DNA of 64,000 bases from a virus (Duplodnaviria > Caudoviricetes): positions 32,001 through 96,000 of the IMG/VR virus record IMGVR_UViG_3300021060_000011; one strand, given 5' to 3'. Made by a program: the position numbers and the translations under genes. The notes under the pieces are model-generated. The model saw only the letters and a list, made by a program, of their open reading frames with translations, made no database searches and had not been told where the DNA came from. Of the stretch, positions 27,188-36,202 are shown piece by piece (the stretch's first letter is position 1; every line of letters begins with the position of its first letter).

Positions 27188-28408
27188 GTGGACGCGCAAA
27201 CCATGCTGCAACGACCGATCCACGTGGGCGGGGCGACAAGCGGCGAAGTCATCGACGAGTACGCCTCGATCCTGCGCGAGAAGCTCCGGACGCTGTCCGA
27301 GGCCCTGTTCAGTCCCGATTCCGTGAAGACGCTCCGCCGGTTCACCTCGGGGGAGGCGGCCAAGATCATCGGAGTGACCGACAACCGCCTGCGCCAGCTC
27401 TCGCTAGCCGGCGATGGTCCCCTCCCCGAGGTCTCGCCCACCGGCCGCCGGTCGTACACCCTCGCCGACATCCACGGACTGCGCGCGCACATGACCGCGA
27501 TCTCTCGGACAGGGCGCGCCTACAAGCCCTGGCGCGCCGAGGGGGAGCACCTCCAGGTCGTCTCCGTGGTGAACTTCAAGGGCGGCTCCGGCAAGACGAC
27601 CACGGCCGCCCACCTAGCGCAATCCCTGGTGCTGCGCGGCTACCGGGTTCTGGCCATCGACCTCGACCCCCAGGCCAGTCTCTCGGTCCTGCACGGCGTG
27701 CAGCCGGAGATCGAGGTGGGGCCCAACGAGACGCTCTATGGCGCCCTGCGGTACGGGCCCGAGCGGCGACCGATCGCCGAGATCATCCGGCCCACCTACT
27801 TCACCGGCCTCGACTTGATCCCGGCCAACCTCGAGCTGATGGAGTTCGAGCACGAGACGCCGAAGGCGCTCAACCGCCGGGACGACCGAGACCAGCTCTT
27901 CTTCGAGCGCCTGAGCCACGCGCTCCAGACCGTCGAGGACCGCTACGACGTCGTCGTGATCGACTGCCCGCCGCAGCTCGGCTTTCTGACCCTGGCTGCC
28001 CTCTACGCCGCCACGTCGCTGCTCATCACCGTCCACCCGCAGATGCTCGACATCGCCTCGATGTCCCAGTTCCTGACGATGACGGGCGACCTCCTTTCGG
28101 TGGTGCGCGAGGCCGGCGGCGAGATCCAGTTCGATGCAGTTCGCTTCCTCGTCACCCGGTACGAGCCGCAGGACACGCCGCAGACCCGCGTCGTCACCCT
28201 CCTCCGCCACCTGTTCGGCGAAGCGGTGCTGAACGCCACGATGCTGAAGTCCTCGGCGGTGTCGGATGCCGGCTTGTCGAAGCAGACGCTCTACGAGATC
28301 GGACGGGAGACCATGACCCGCTCGACCTACGATCGCGCGGTCGAATCGCTGGAGGCAGTCAACGGCGAGATCGAGGGCATGATCCGGCACGCGTGGGGCC
28401 GGGCATGA
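27188..28408 (+). CDS. repA: Plasmid partitioning ATPase RepA
   Basis: N-terminal HTH (FTSGEAAKIIG), NFKGGSGKTTT, IDLDPQASL, IDCPPQLG. Confidence 0.95.
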   Translation: MDAQTMLQRPIHVGGATSGEVIDEYASILREKLRTLSEALFSPDSVKTLRRFTSGEAAKIIGVTDNRLRQLSLAGDGPLPEVSPTGRRSYTLADIHGLRAHMTAISRTGRAYKPWRAEGEHLQVVSVVNFKGGSGKTTTAAHLAQSLVLRGYRVLAIDLDPQASLSVLHGVQPEIEVGPNETLYGALRYGPERRPIAEIIRPTYFTGLDLIPANLELMEFEHETPKALNRRDDRDQLFFERLSHALQTVEDRYDVVVIDCPPQLGFLTLAALYAATSLLITVHPQMLDIASMSQFLTMTGDLLSVVREAGGEIQFDAVRFLVTRYEPQDTPQTRVVTLLRHLFGEAVLNATMLKSSAVSDAGLSKQTLYEIGRETMTRSTYDRAVESLEAVNGEIEGMIRHAWGRA

Positions 28409-29439
28409 GCCGCAAGACCTCCCTCGACGCGCTGTTTGGCGGTAAGCCGCCGGAGCGATTGTCAGCTGACAATCCGCCCGCGCCGCCCCCGCCGGAGTTG
28501 TCAGCTGACAATCCGCCGGTCCCTCCCCCGGCCCTCGGCCCCGTGCGTGCGCGCAGCGGGGCCGTTCGTGCGATGGGCGCGACACTCGACGACCTGAAGG
28601 CCCGGGCTCGCTCAGCCGAGAACGTCGAGACCGGCTCCGTCGTCGCCGAGTTAGATACCGCGCAAATCGACGGCTCGTTCGTGGCGGACCGCGTGTCCGA
28701 CGCGACGGACCCTGCCATGGCCGGCCTCGTCGAGAGCATGCGCAGCGGGCAGCAAGTCCCGATCCTGGTGCGGCCGCATCCGGAGTCGCCGGGCCGGTAC
28801 CAGATCGCCTACGGGCATCGCCGCGTCCGGGCGGCGGCGGAGCTGGGCACCAAGGTCCGCGCGGTCATCCGGCCGCTTACGGACGACGAGCTGGTCGTGG
28901 CCCAGGGCAAGGAGAACCTGGACCGACGCGACCTCAGTTACATCGAGCGGGCCTTCTTCGCCCTGCGGCTGGAGATGCGGTCGTTCCCCCGCGAGGTGAT
29001 CTGCGCGGCCATGGCGACCGATCTGCCCAACGTGTCCCGGTTCATCACCGTCGCGCGGACCATCCCCGAGGACATCGTCGCGGCCATCGGGCCGGCGCCG
29101 AAGGCGGGGCGGCCGCGCTGGATGGATCTGGCCGAGCGCGTCCAGTCCAAGGGGCGGGCGGCGATCGACCGGCTGATGGGCGACGAGGCGTTTCAGGCCA
29201 TGTCCACGGACGAGCGCTTCGCTGCCGTCCTGGCGGCGGTCAGCGCCAAGCCGACGGGCAAGCGCAAGGCGAAGCCTAAGGACTGGCTCGACGGGGAGGG
29301 GCGGGCCGTCGCGCGCATCGAGCGCGCCGACAACCGGTTCGTCCTGACGATCAATGAGGAATTAGAACCAGAGCTCGGGGACCACCTCATGAGCCGGTTC
29401 GCAGAGATCCTTGCCGAGCATCGCGCTCGCAAGGCGTAA
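28405..29439 (+). CDS. repB: Plasmid partitioning protein RepB (ParB family)
   Basis: GQQVPILVRP, YQIAYGHRRVRAA, ENLDRRDLSYIERA, IGPAPKAGRPRW. Confidence 0.95.
   Translation: MSRKTSLDALFGGKPPERLSADNPPAPPPPELSADNPPVPPPALGPVRARSGAVRAMGATLDDLKARARSAENVETGSVVAELDTAQIDGSFVADRVSDATDPAMAGLVESMRSGQQVPILVRPHPESPGRYQIAYGHRRVRAAAELGTKVRAVIRPLTDDELVVAQGKENLDRRDLSYIERAFFALRLEMRSFPREVICAAMATDLPNVSRFITVARTIPEDIVAAIGPAPKAGRPRWMDLAERVQSKGRAAIDRLMGDEAFQAMSTDERFAAVLAAVSAKPTGKRKAKPKDWLDGEGRAVARIERADNRFVLTINEELEPELGDHLMSRFAEILAEHRARKA
28458..28512. promoter_or_regulatory. Two parS-like palindromes inside repB
   Basis: attgtcagctgacaat (28458-28473) and gttgtcagctgacaat (28497-28512). Confidence 0.8.
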
Positions 29440-29476
29440 CCCCGCCCGCAACCCCGAATAGAGGACGACGCACCGC

Positions 29477-29531
29477 AAAAGAAAAAGGCCCCCAAGACGT
29501 TTCCGTCCCGGAAGCCTTCTCCGTCTTCAGC
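29477..29531 (-). ncRNA. repABC counter-transcribed RNA (ctRNA)
   Basis: repB-repC intergenic; minus-strand TTGACG-N17-GATTCT promoter (29538-29566), hairpin and U-tract. Confidence 0.8.
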
Positions 29532-29623
29532 AAACAGAGAATCCCACTTCCGACAGCTCCCGTCAAGAGTCAGGACGCCGTTTTGGCGAACGCCTTCGGC
29601 TTGCCCGGTGCCCGACACCGACG

Positions 29624-30823
29624 ATGAACCTGCACATCACGACGCCCTTCGGGCGGCGTTCGCTGACGGCTGCGCAGATCGATGCGCAGGCGAACGCGGC
29701 CGCATGCCCGCGCGATGCCACGGTCGACAAATGGGCCGTCTTCCGACACATCGCCCAGGCGAAAGACTGGCTCGGCGTATCCGACCGCTCGCTGTCCGTG
29801 TTGAACGCGCTCCTCAGCTTCCATCCCGAGACGGCCCTGATGCCGGGAGAGGGCGCTGGCCTTGTCGTCTTCCCCTCGAACACGCAGCTCGCTTTGCGCG
29901 CGCATGGAATGGCAGGGCCGACCCTGCGTCGGCACCTTGCCGCGCTGGTCGAGGCCGGGCTGATCATCCGGCGGGATAGCCCGAACGGCAAACGCTACGC
30001 CCGGAAAGGGCAGGGCGGGGTGGTCGCGCAGGCCTTCGGCTTCGACCTCATCCCGATCGTGGCGCGCGCAGCCGAGTTCGAGGCCCAGGCCGAGCGGATC
30101 CAGGCTGAGCGACGCACGCTGCACCTCGCCCGCGAGGCTGTGACGATCCTGCGCCGTGACGCGGCGAAACTCATCCTCGCCGGGATCGAGTCCGGGATCG
30201 CGGCAGATTGGACCGGCTATCGCGCCCGCTACGAGGCGATCCTGGGCGGGCTGACGCGCGCGCCTCGCCTCCTGGAGCTGGAGAGCATCCGCACCGCCCT
30301 GACGGCCCTGGTGGCCGATGTGAGCAAGTCCCTGACAGTTCGGCACGAAACACGAGAATCGAACGCCAGTGCTGATCGTAGTGAGCAGCACAGTCAGAGT
30401 TCAAAACCAGAGGCCTTAGATTCTGGAATGGCTATCGGGGATAGAGAAGAAGCCGGGGGCAGGGCACGTCCGGAAGGGGGGAGCGGGACGGCGACGACCT
30501 ACCCACTCGGGATGGTGCTGAACGCCTGCCCCGACATCGTCGACTACGCCCGCAACGGCATCCGTTCGTGGCGGGACCTTGCCGACGTCGCGGACCTTGT
30601 CCGGGGCATGATGGGCATCAGTCCGAGCGCCTGGCGCGACGCCCAGGACGTCATGGGGCCTGATGCAGCAGCGGCGACGATGGCGGCCATCCTGCAGCGG
30701 GCCGAACACATCAAGAGCCCTGGGGGCTACCTGCGCACGCTGGTGGAGCGGAAGAGGGCAGGGCGGTACAGTCTGGGTCCGGTGCTTCTGGCCCTTACTC
30801 GAGCGCGTGCAGCGGCAGCCTGA
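29624..30823 (+). CDS. repC: Replication initiator RepC (oriV expected internally)
   Basis: TTPFGRR, VFPSNTQL, RRDSPNGKRYARK, IKSPGGYLR. Confidence 0.95.
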   Translation: MNLHITTPFGRRSLTAAQIDAQANAAACPRDATVDKWAVFRHIAQAKDWLGVSDRSLSVLNALLSFHPETALMPGEGAGLVVFPSNTQLALRAHGMAGPTLRRHLAALVEAGLIIRRDSPNGKRYARKGQGGVVAQAFGFDLIPIVARAAEFEAQAERIQAERRTLHLAREAVTILRRDAAKLILAGIESGIAADWTGYRARYEAILGGLTRAPRLLELESIRTALTALVADVSKSLTVRHETRESNASADRSEQHSQSSKPEALDSGMAIGDREEAGGRARPEGGSGTATTYPLGMVLNACPDIVDYARNGIRSWRDLADVADLVRGMMGISPSAWRDAQDVMGPDAAAATMAAILQRAEHIKSPGGYLRTLVERKRAGRYSLGPVLLALTRARAAAA

Positions 30824-30942
30824 GGGCCCGGGCCCAGCGCGCCGCAGATGTGGTGTGGAATGGGGGCTGAGGCTTCGCTGCGATGCAAATCTGCTTAGCC
30901 GCAGGGCGGAGGAGAGACCCGCCAAACTGAGGAGGGAAGGCG

Positions 30943-31419
30943 ATGCAGACCTTTGCGGAAATTTGGGAGCGGGACGGTCGGTGGCTGTTAGGCCCCGGCT
31001 TGCTCGGCGACGTGATCGAGCACCTTCGCGGGCGAGCCCCGATTGTCGTGGCGAGCGAGCAGGACCCCTCAACCGCGAACATGACGCTCCCCCTGCCCAA
31101 CGTGCGGGACGAAGCGAGCGGGGACCCGCGGAGCATCTATTTCGCGGTCCCGCCCGAGCTGAGAGACCTCTTTGCGGAGCGGTGCAGCCTCATCGTTCGC
31201 GACTGGTACGGACCCGAGGTGGATCGCGCGCTCGGGCAGTACGTCGGCAGGCATCAGATGAGACAACACACGCTCGACAGGATCAACGGCGAACTGCGGA
31301 ACATCGAGCGAGCCCGCGAGGCACGGGGCGAGGACGCCGAGCTTTGGCAGCTTGCCGCCACCCGTTTCGGTTTCAGCCGTTGGGCGCTGCCGAAGCCGGC
31401 CGGCTTGGCCGCCGAGTAG
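30943..31419 (+). CDS. Hypothetical protein
   Basis: GGAGGGAAGG RBS; 158 aa. Confidence 0.6.
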   Translation: MQTFAEIWERDGRWLLGPGLLGDVIEHLRGRAPIVVASEQDPSTANMTLPLPNVRDEASGDPRSIYFAVPPELRDLFAERCSLIVRDWYGPEVDRALGQYVGRHQMRQHTLDRINGELRNIERAREARGEDAELWQLAATRFGFSRWALPKPAGLAAE

Positions 31420-31445
31420 GGCGGAGGGGAAAGGAGCCGAACCAA

Positions 31446-31715
31446 ATGAGCAGATACACGTTCGCCGGCGCCACGCTCAGCATCGCAGGGCAGGCGGTCA
31501 CAGTCCGGGGCTTCCTCGTGGAGCCGCTTCCCGATCTGGCAACGGCATCGCTTGCCGAGCTGCGCGAGGCGGAATGGTCGGGCCGTGAGCCGTGCAAGGC
31601 TACGGATGGGGCATGGCACGTCTGCCAATGCTGCGGCGCGGCCAAGATCGACGGCGAGGGCCACAAGCCCGGTTGTGCGATGGCAGCGGCCATCCTGGCG
31701 CGGATACCGGAATAG
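31446..31715 (+). CDS. Hypothetical Cys/His protein
   Basis: AAGGAG RBS; CQCCG..GHKPGC. Confidence 0.55.
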   Translation: MSRYTFAGATLSIAGQAVTVRGFLVEPLPDLATASLAELREAEWSGREPCKATDGAWHVCQCCGAAKIDGEGHKPGCAMAAAILARIPE

Positions 31716-31777
31716 GGCGGAGGCGACCTCCGCCACGCTGAGCTTGGCGCTGCCGGCCCCTGCCCTATCTGGCTGGC

Positions 31778-32044
31778 ATGGCCAACGCACCTCAGACCAC
31801 CGGCGAGCTGTTCAAGGCGAAGGCCGTGACCGACGTAGATATCGCGGCCGCGGTGGACGCCTTCATCGCCGATCCGAGCACCTCGGCGTTCCTGTTCGGC
31901 GAGGGCTATCGGATCGACCTCGCCGAGGCTGTGCGCGCGCACGAGTGGGCCTCGGTGACGACCGCCAACAAGGATGCGACGGACCACCTGAAGCGCGCCG
32001 CCGTGCGCACCGCGATCCTCCTCGCCCGGCCGGAGAAGGTGTGA
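31778..32044 (+). CDS. Hypothetical protein
   Basis: 88-aa ORF with typical codon usage. Confidence 0.6.
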   Translation: MANAPQTTGELFKAKAVTDVDIAAAVDAFIADPSTSAFLFGEGYRIDLAEAVRAHEWASVTTANKDATDHLKRAAVRTAILLARPEKV

Positions 32045-32202
32045 TCCCGAATCGGGAGGCGCGCGCGTCCGCTCCCTTGAGCTGACGATAACCCGCCGGC
32101 CGCATCCTGCCGTCGAGCCAAGTTGCATACCGGCTCGAGCGTGAGATGGGCGTCCCACCCCGCCGGCCCGTGATCAGATCGGGCGGCGGGGTCGTTAGTG
32201 CC

Positions 32203-32658
32203 TCACCTGACCAGCCCGGTACGGGCAATGTGCCAGCGGATCGAGAACCGGACCACACCCCAAATTTCAGCGTCCGCACCCTCGGCAACGCTGAAGGCTG
32301 GGAGGTCGGGGTTCTCGAATGCCAACCAGGTGACGTTGCCCTCGATGCGCAGGCGCTTGATCGACATCTCACCGTCGATCGCAGCCACCACCACGCTGCC
32401 GTTGCCAGGCTTCATGCTGCGATCCACCACCGCGAGATCACGGTCGAAGATGCCGGCCGCCCGCATGGAGTCGCCCGAGATGTTCCAGGCGAAGGTCGCG
32501 GGCGGGTTCGGAGCGAGCCAGCGCGGCAGCTCCAGCGCACCCTCGAGGAAGTCGTCGGCCGGTGATGGGAAGCCGGCGCAGAGCGCCTGTCCCATGATCG
32601 GAATCCGGACGAGGTTGTCCCCATCCCTCACAAGCTCCGCGACCTGAAAAAGGCCCAC
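32203..32658 (-). CDS. umuD: UmuD-like S24 protein (orphan; no umuC adjacent)
   Basis: CAGFPSPADDF cleavage motif, GDSM, VVDRS, SIKRL, IWGVV. Confidence 0.88.
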   Translation of the reverse strand: MGLFQVAELVRDGDNLVRIPIMGQALCAGFPSPADDFLEGALELPRWLAPNPPATFAWNISGDSMRAAGIFDRDLAVVDRSMKPGNGSVVVAAIDGEMSIKRLRIEGNVTWLAFENPDLPAFSVAEGADAEIWGVVRFSIRWHIARTGLVR

Positions 32659-32678
32659 CGCTGCATCCTTCCGTGATA

Positions 32679-32693
32679 GAACAGAAAGGGAAC
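32679..32693 (-). promoter_or_regulatory. LexA box upstream of umuD
   Basis: GAAC-agaaagg-GAAC (GTTC-N7-GTTC on the minus strand). Confidence 0.8.
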
Positions 32694-32787
32694 AAGCGCG
32701 CGAACGGTTCCACGGTCAAGCTCGTGGATGCCGCTTGTGGATAGCGGGGATGGCGCCTTCCGGCGCCTTGGGGTGGAGTGTGATCCG

Positions 32788-33042
32788 ATGGCGATGAAAA
32801 CGACGTTCCTGGTCCAGACCTTCACCATCAAGCGCAAGCGCCTGATCCCGGGCGACCGCGAGGTGGCGGTGACCGAGCACGGGGCTCTGAAGAAGGCGGA
32901 GGCCATGGCCGGCCGGCTGCCCGGTACGGCCGCGATCAAGGTCGTGGCCGACGACGAAACGGGCGAGCTGGAGGCGGCCACGATCCTCGGCCAGTTCGGG
33001 GAAATCCCGGAGGACTTCGCCGAGAGCCTGCAGGGGGCCTGA
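32788..33042 (+). CDS. Hypothetical protein
   Basis: GGAG RBS; divergent from umuD. Confidence 0.65.
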   Translation: MAMKTTFLVQTFTIKRKRLIPGDREVAVTEHGALKKAEAMAGRLPGTAAIKVVADDETGELEAATILGQFGEIPEDFAESLQGA

Positions 33043-33047
33043 AACGC

Positions 33048-33080
33048 AAAAAGCGCCCCAGAGCCGAAGCTCCGGGGCGC
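33048..33080 (-). terminator. Intrinsic terminator ending the virion/lysis operon
   Basis: gcgcccc..gagc-cgaa-gctc..ggggcgc hairpin with minus-strand U-tract. Confidence 0.75.
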
Positions 33081-33088
33081 GGATGGTC

Positions 33089-33469
33089 TCAGGTCTTCAC
33101 GTGGACGCCGAAGATGCTGAGGAAGGTGCCGCCGAACGCAGCGACCACCCCGACCAGGGCGCCCCAGAGCTTCTTCTCGACCGTGGATACGCGCCCCTCG
33201 AGCGCCGCGATCCGCTCGTGGATCGCCTTGTTGTCCTTCTCGATCTCGCTGCGCGGAACGAACGCGCTGATCGCCTGCATGACGTTGCCGTGCCGGTGAT
33301 CGGCCGCCTTCTGGGCGTTCTCGTCCGCCTTCACGAGGGCAACCTGGCGCTCCTCAATGCGGGCGAGCTGCGCGACGGTGTCGCCGCGCATCTTCTCGAT
33401 CGACAGGAGGATGCCGAGGGCATCGGGGACCGAGCCCTGCGGCGCGACCTGAATCGTGGTTTCAGCCAT
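33089..33469 (-). CDS. Coiled-coil membrane protein (XhlA/holin-like)
   Basis: Coiled coil plus C-terminal TM segment; end of lysis cassette. Confidence 0.6.
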   Translation of the reverse strand: MAETTIQVAPQGSVPDALGILLSIEKMRGDTVAQLARIEERQVALVKADENAQKAADHRHGNVMQAISAFVPRSEIEKDNKAIHERIAALEGRVSTVEKKLWGALVGVVAAFGGTFLSIFGVHVKT

Positions 33470-33553
33470 TACTTTCGCCCCCAGCGGGCCATGGTGGCGC
33501 GCCGGGGAGGGGGCGCGCGAGTTCAGCCCCTCCCCCGTTGGCGGGGGAGGGTA

Positions 33554-33868
33554 TCAGCGGGCGAGGTCGCGCCGGACGGCGTCGATCCAGGCCACGGCGC
33601 GCGCGCCGCAAGCCGTCTTCGCCCGGTCCAGCACCTTTGCCGCCCCGATGATCCGTACGATGTCGGCGCGGGTCAGGGCGCGGTCAGGGATCTCCGGGAA
33701 GGCCTGGCGCAAGCACGGCCCGACGTCGGCCGGCGCCTCCGGCAGGGTGACGCGGATGCCGGGTGCGCGCGGATCGATCGCCGGCACGCCGTCAGAGGTC
33801 ACGCAGGCGGCGAGACAGGTCCCGAGGAAGGCACACGCGATTGCGGTGCGGATCGGCGCGAAGCGCAT
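33554..33868 (-). CDS. Outer-membrane lipoprotein spanin (Rz1-like)
   Basis: Lipobox LAAC; overlaps the 3' end of the i-spanin in another frame. Confidence 0.7.
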   Translation of the reverse strand: MRFAPIRTAIACAFLGTCLAACVTSDGVPAIDPRAPGIRVTLPEAPADVGPCLRQAFPEIPDRALTRADIVRIIGAAKVLDRAKTACGARAVAWIDAVRRDLAR

Positions 33869-34232
33869 CGTTGAGGTCCTTCAGCTTCTGGGCATCGGCT
33901 TGGGCCGCAGCCACGTCGCGCACGGCCTGCACGGCGATCCGGTCGGTGATCTGCCGCGCGACCGCCGTGCGCGTCTGCTCGGCCGCTAAAGCGCGGGCCG
34001 CGTCGCGCGCGAAGGCATCGTGAGCGCCCTTGGCGGTGCCGGCCTGATAGATCGCGGCGCCGGCGATGAGGATGACGCCCACGGCGACGAGGGGGCGCTT
34101 GAGGAAGCCCGGCAGCCAGGAGAGGCCAACGAGGGCCAGGACGAGCGCCGCGACACCGCCGAGGCCAGCCACCGCCGCCAGCGGGGAGAACGCCGTCCAG
34201 GCGTTCTGGAGGAGGGCGAGGGCGGCGATCAC
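33792..34232 (-). CDS. Inner-membrane spanin (Rz-like)
   Basis: N-terminal TMs, Ala-rich helix, C-terminal Cys. Confidence 0.7.
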   Translation of the reverse strand: MIAALALLQNAWTAFSPLAAVAGLGGVAALVLALVGLSWLPGFLKRPLVAVGVILIAGAAIYQAGTAKGAHDAFARDAARALAAEQTRTAVARQITDRIAVQAVRDVAAAQADAQKLKDLNDALRADPHRNRVCLPRDLSRRLRDL

Positions 34233-34735
34233 CGCTTCAGGCCTTCCAGGCACAATGCCGTCTCACGGGCGCGACGGTTGGTGAGACCCGTCACGGGCCG
34301 GAGCACGCCGTTGACCTTGGCCTTGTTCCAGGCGCCCATGGCCCGGCAGGCGTCGGCGAAGCTGCCCGCGTTGTAGAGCCGGGCGGTGGTGGACTTGCAG
34401 AAGCCGGCCGAGCCGATGTTGTAGGAGAGGCCCACGAACGCCACGAGGGTCTTGTCGGACATGGGCTGCTTGATGCAGGCTTCGACCTTGCCCGAGAACT
34501 CGTCGAGGCGGCGCAGGAGCTTGGCGTCGCACTCAGCCTTGGTGAAGGTCTGCCCCATCTTTGCGCCCTGGGTCTCCCCGTAACAATCCGTCGGGATTCC
34601 CGCGATGTCGCGGTAGGTCTTCAGGCGAAGGCCTTCCTCGGCGCCGGTGTGGTTGACGGCCATGGTGCCGGCAGCCGTCGCGAGGAGCACGACGACGCCG
34701 AACAGGCTGGTCTTCTTGGTGACGAGGCGGCTCAC
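34229..34735 (-). CDS. Endolysin, GH24 lysozyme with probable SAR anchor
   Basis: EG..YRD...PT.CYG catalytic E-D-T; SYNIG; GLTNRR; hydrophobic N-terminus. Confidence 0.9.
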   Translation of the reverse strand: MSRLVTKKTSLFGVVVLLATAAGTMAVNHTGAEEGLRLKTYRDIAGIPTDCYGETQGAKMGQTFTKAECDAKLLRRLDEFSGKVEACIKQPMSDKTLVAFVGLSYNIGSAGFCKSTTARLYNAGSFADACRAMGAWNKAKVNGVLRPVTGLTNRRARETALCLEGLKR

Positions 34736-35043
34736 GACGCGGCCTCCGGCGTCACAGCCTGCTGGGCGAACAGCCGGGCCACGGCCGCCGCAACGGTCAC
34801 CACGGCGGACAAGGCCGCGAAGGTGCCGGCGGCGATGGGCGGGTTCGAGGTGAACACCGACAGCGCCACCTCGATGCCGGACAGGACGGCGGCGATCAGC
34901 GCGAGGCGGATGCTCCAAGCGTGGCGGAGGAGGGCGCGCCAGTTGTCGTGCAGGCGCAGGCGCGCGGCGGTGACGGCGGCAAGGCGCGCGCCGACGGCCG
35001 CTCGCAGGCGCGCGAAGGCGCCCGCGTCGGGAGACGTGGTCAT
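34732..35043 (-). CDS. Putative holin
   Basis: Two TMs, NWR..LRHAWSIRL...ARLFAQ; upstream of the lysozyme. Confidence 0.75.
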   Translation of the reverse strand: MTTSPDAGAFARLRAAVGARLAAVTAARLRLHDNWRALLRHAWSIRLALIAAVLSGIEVALSVFTSNPPIAAGTFAALSAVVTVAAAVARLFAQQAVTPEAAS

Positions 35044-35065
35044 GGTGGATCTCCAGAGTGGGAGG

Positions 35066-35425
35066 TCAGCCGAGGACGGTGACGCTCACGGTGGCGAGGC
35101 CGCGCTGCGTGATGCCGAGGGCGCGGGCAGCGCCGAGCGACAGGTCGATGAGGCGGTGAAGGCGCGGGTGGGGCCCGCGGTCGTTCACGGTGACGTCGAC
35201 GTGCCGGCCGGTGGCGAGGTCGGTGACGCGGACCCGGGTACCGAGTGGCAGGGTCCAGTGCGCGGCGCCGAGCTGGGTGGGCACGAACGGCTTGCCGTCG
35301 GCGCGGCGGGTGCCGCTCTCGTAGCCGTAGAACGAGGCGCGGCCGATCCAGTCGGCGCAGGCGGGCGTGCTCGCGAGCATGGCGCAGGCGAGGGCGGCCC
35401 GGAGCGCGAGGCGCTTCAGGAACAT
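35066..35425 (-). CDS. RlpA-like (DPBB) lytic transglycosylase domain protein
   Basis: Signal peptide; GRASFYG, AAHWTLPLGT.VRVT, VNDRGP, IDLS.GAA..LG. Confidence 0.85.
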   Translation of the reverse strand: MFLKRLALRAALACAMLASTPACADWIGRASFYGYESGTRRADGKPFVPTQLGAAHWTLPLGTRVRVTDLATGRHVDVTVNDRGPHPRLHRLIDLSLGAARALGITQRGLATVSVTVLG

Positions 35426-35490
35426 CGGGACCTCCGGGCATGAAAATGCCGCCCGGAGGCGGCGCGGTCGGCTTGGGAAGGGGAGGGGCT

Positions 35491-36108
35491 TCAGACGGCG
35501 GTGAACGCCGCCAGGGCCTCCGCCCGGGTCTTGATCGTGCCCGCCTCGATGGCGTCGAGGACATCGCCCTCCCGCTCGCGGCAGGCCTGCACGTGCTCGC
35601 CGACGGCGATCGCCACGATGTGAACCGCTGCGGAGTCGAGGCGCGTCGACTTACCCCCGACGTTGAAGCGGATGGTCATGTCCGGCTTTGCGCCGACGAG
35701 GTTGTAGGCGCCGTTGATCAGGCCCTGGCTCTCGCGGTCGGTGGCGATCTGCATGCCGCCCACCTCGATGCCGGCGACCTCGGCCGCGTAGCGCAGCGAG
35801 GACACGTAGTCGGCGAGGCTGGCGAAGGCGTCCGGGTACGGGGCGAGGGCCTCGGCCAGGGCGTCGACGCTCTCGGCACCCGCGGCGTCGCGCGGGTAGG
35901 CGCTGGGCGTCCGGCCGAGATCGGCCTCGAGCCAGTCGCGATAGTCCTTGTCGCCGGCGTTCACGAAGGTGAGGCGGGCGGACGACCAGTACATGCCGTC
36001 GGACCGCTTCCAGTACCAATCGGCGGGGATGTAGGTGGCCATGGGGCGGGCCGGGGTCTCCTCCCACAGGGGCGGGGAGTCCGGCATCACGGCGGCGGAA
36101 TCGGACAT
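35491..36108 (-). CDS. DUF4376-like tail fibre assembly protein
   Basis: LRYAAEVAGIEVGG..IATDRESQ..HVQAC..RE. Confidence 0.75.
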   Translation of the reverse strand: MSDSAAVMPDSPPLWEETPARPMATYIPADWYWKRSDGMYWSSARLTFVNAGDKDYRDWLEADLGRTPSAYPRDAAGAESVDALAEALAPYPDAFASLADYVSSLRYAAEVAGIEVGGMQIATDRESQGLINGAYNLVGAKPDMTIRFNVGGKSTRLDSAAVHIVAIAVGEHVQACREREGDVLDAIEAGTIKTRAEALAAFTAV

Positions 36109-36202
36109 GGGCAGGTGCTCCAGGCATGGTCATGCGCGAGCGGGCCGCGCCCGGCCGGGCACGGCCGCGCAAGCGGCTGGTTCGGAAGGAGGGGAGGGCG
36201 GC

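Noticed and set aside
32045-32202. umuC remnant downstream of umuD
   Set aside because: No Y-family polymerase D.NSFY motif found by eye.
26400-33100. Integrase or att site at the module junction
   Set aside because: No tyrosine or serine recombinase motifs and no tRNA-derived direct repeat seen by eye; a short att core cannot be excluded.
33495-33552. G/C-rich inverted repeat between lysis genes
   Set aside because: Single hairpin with no U-tract and no other copies seen; function unsupported.
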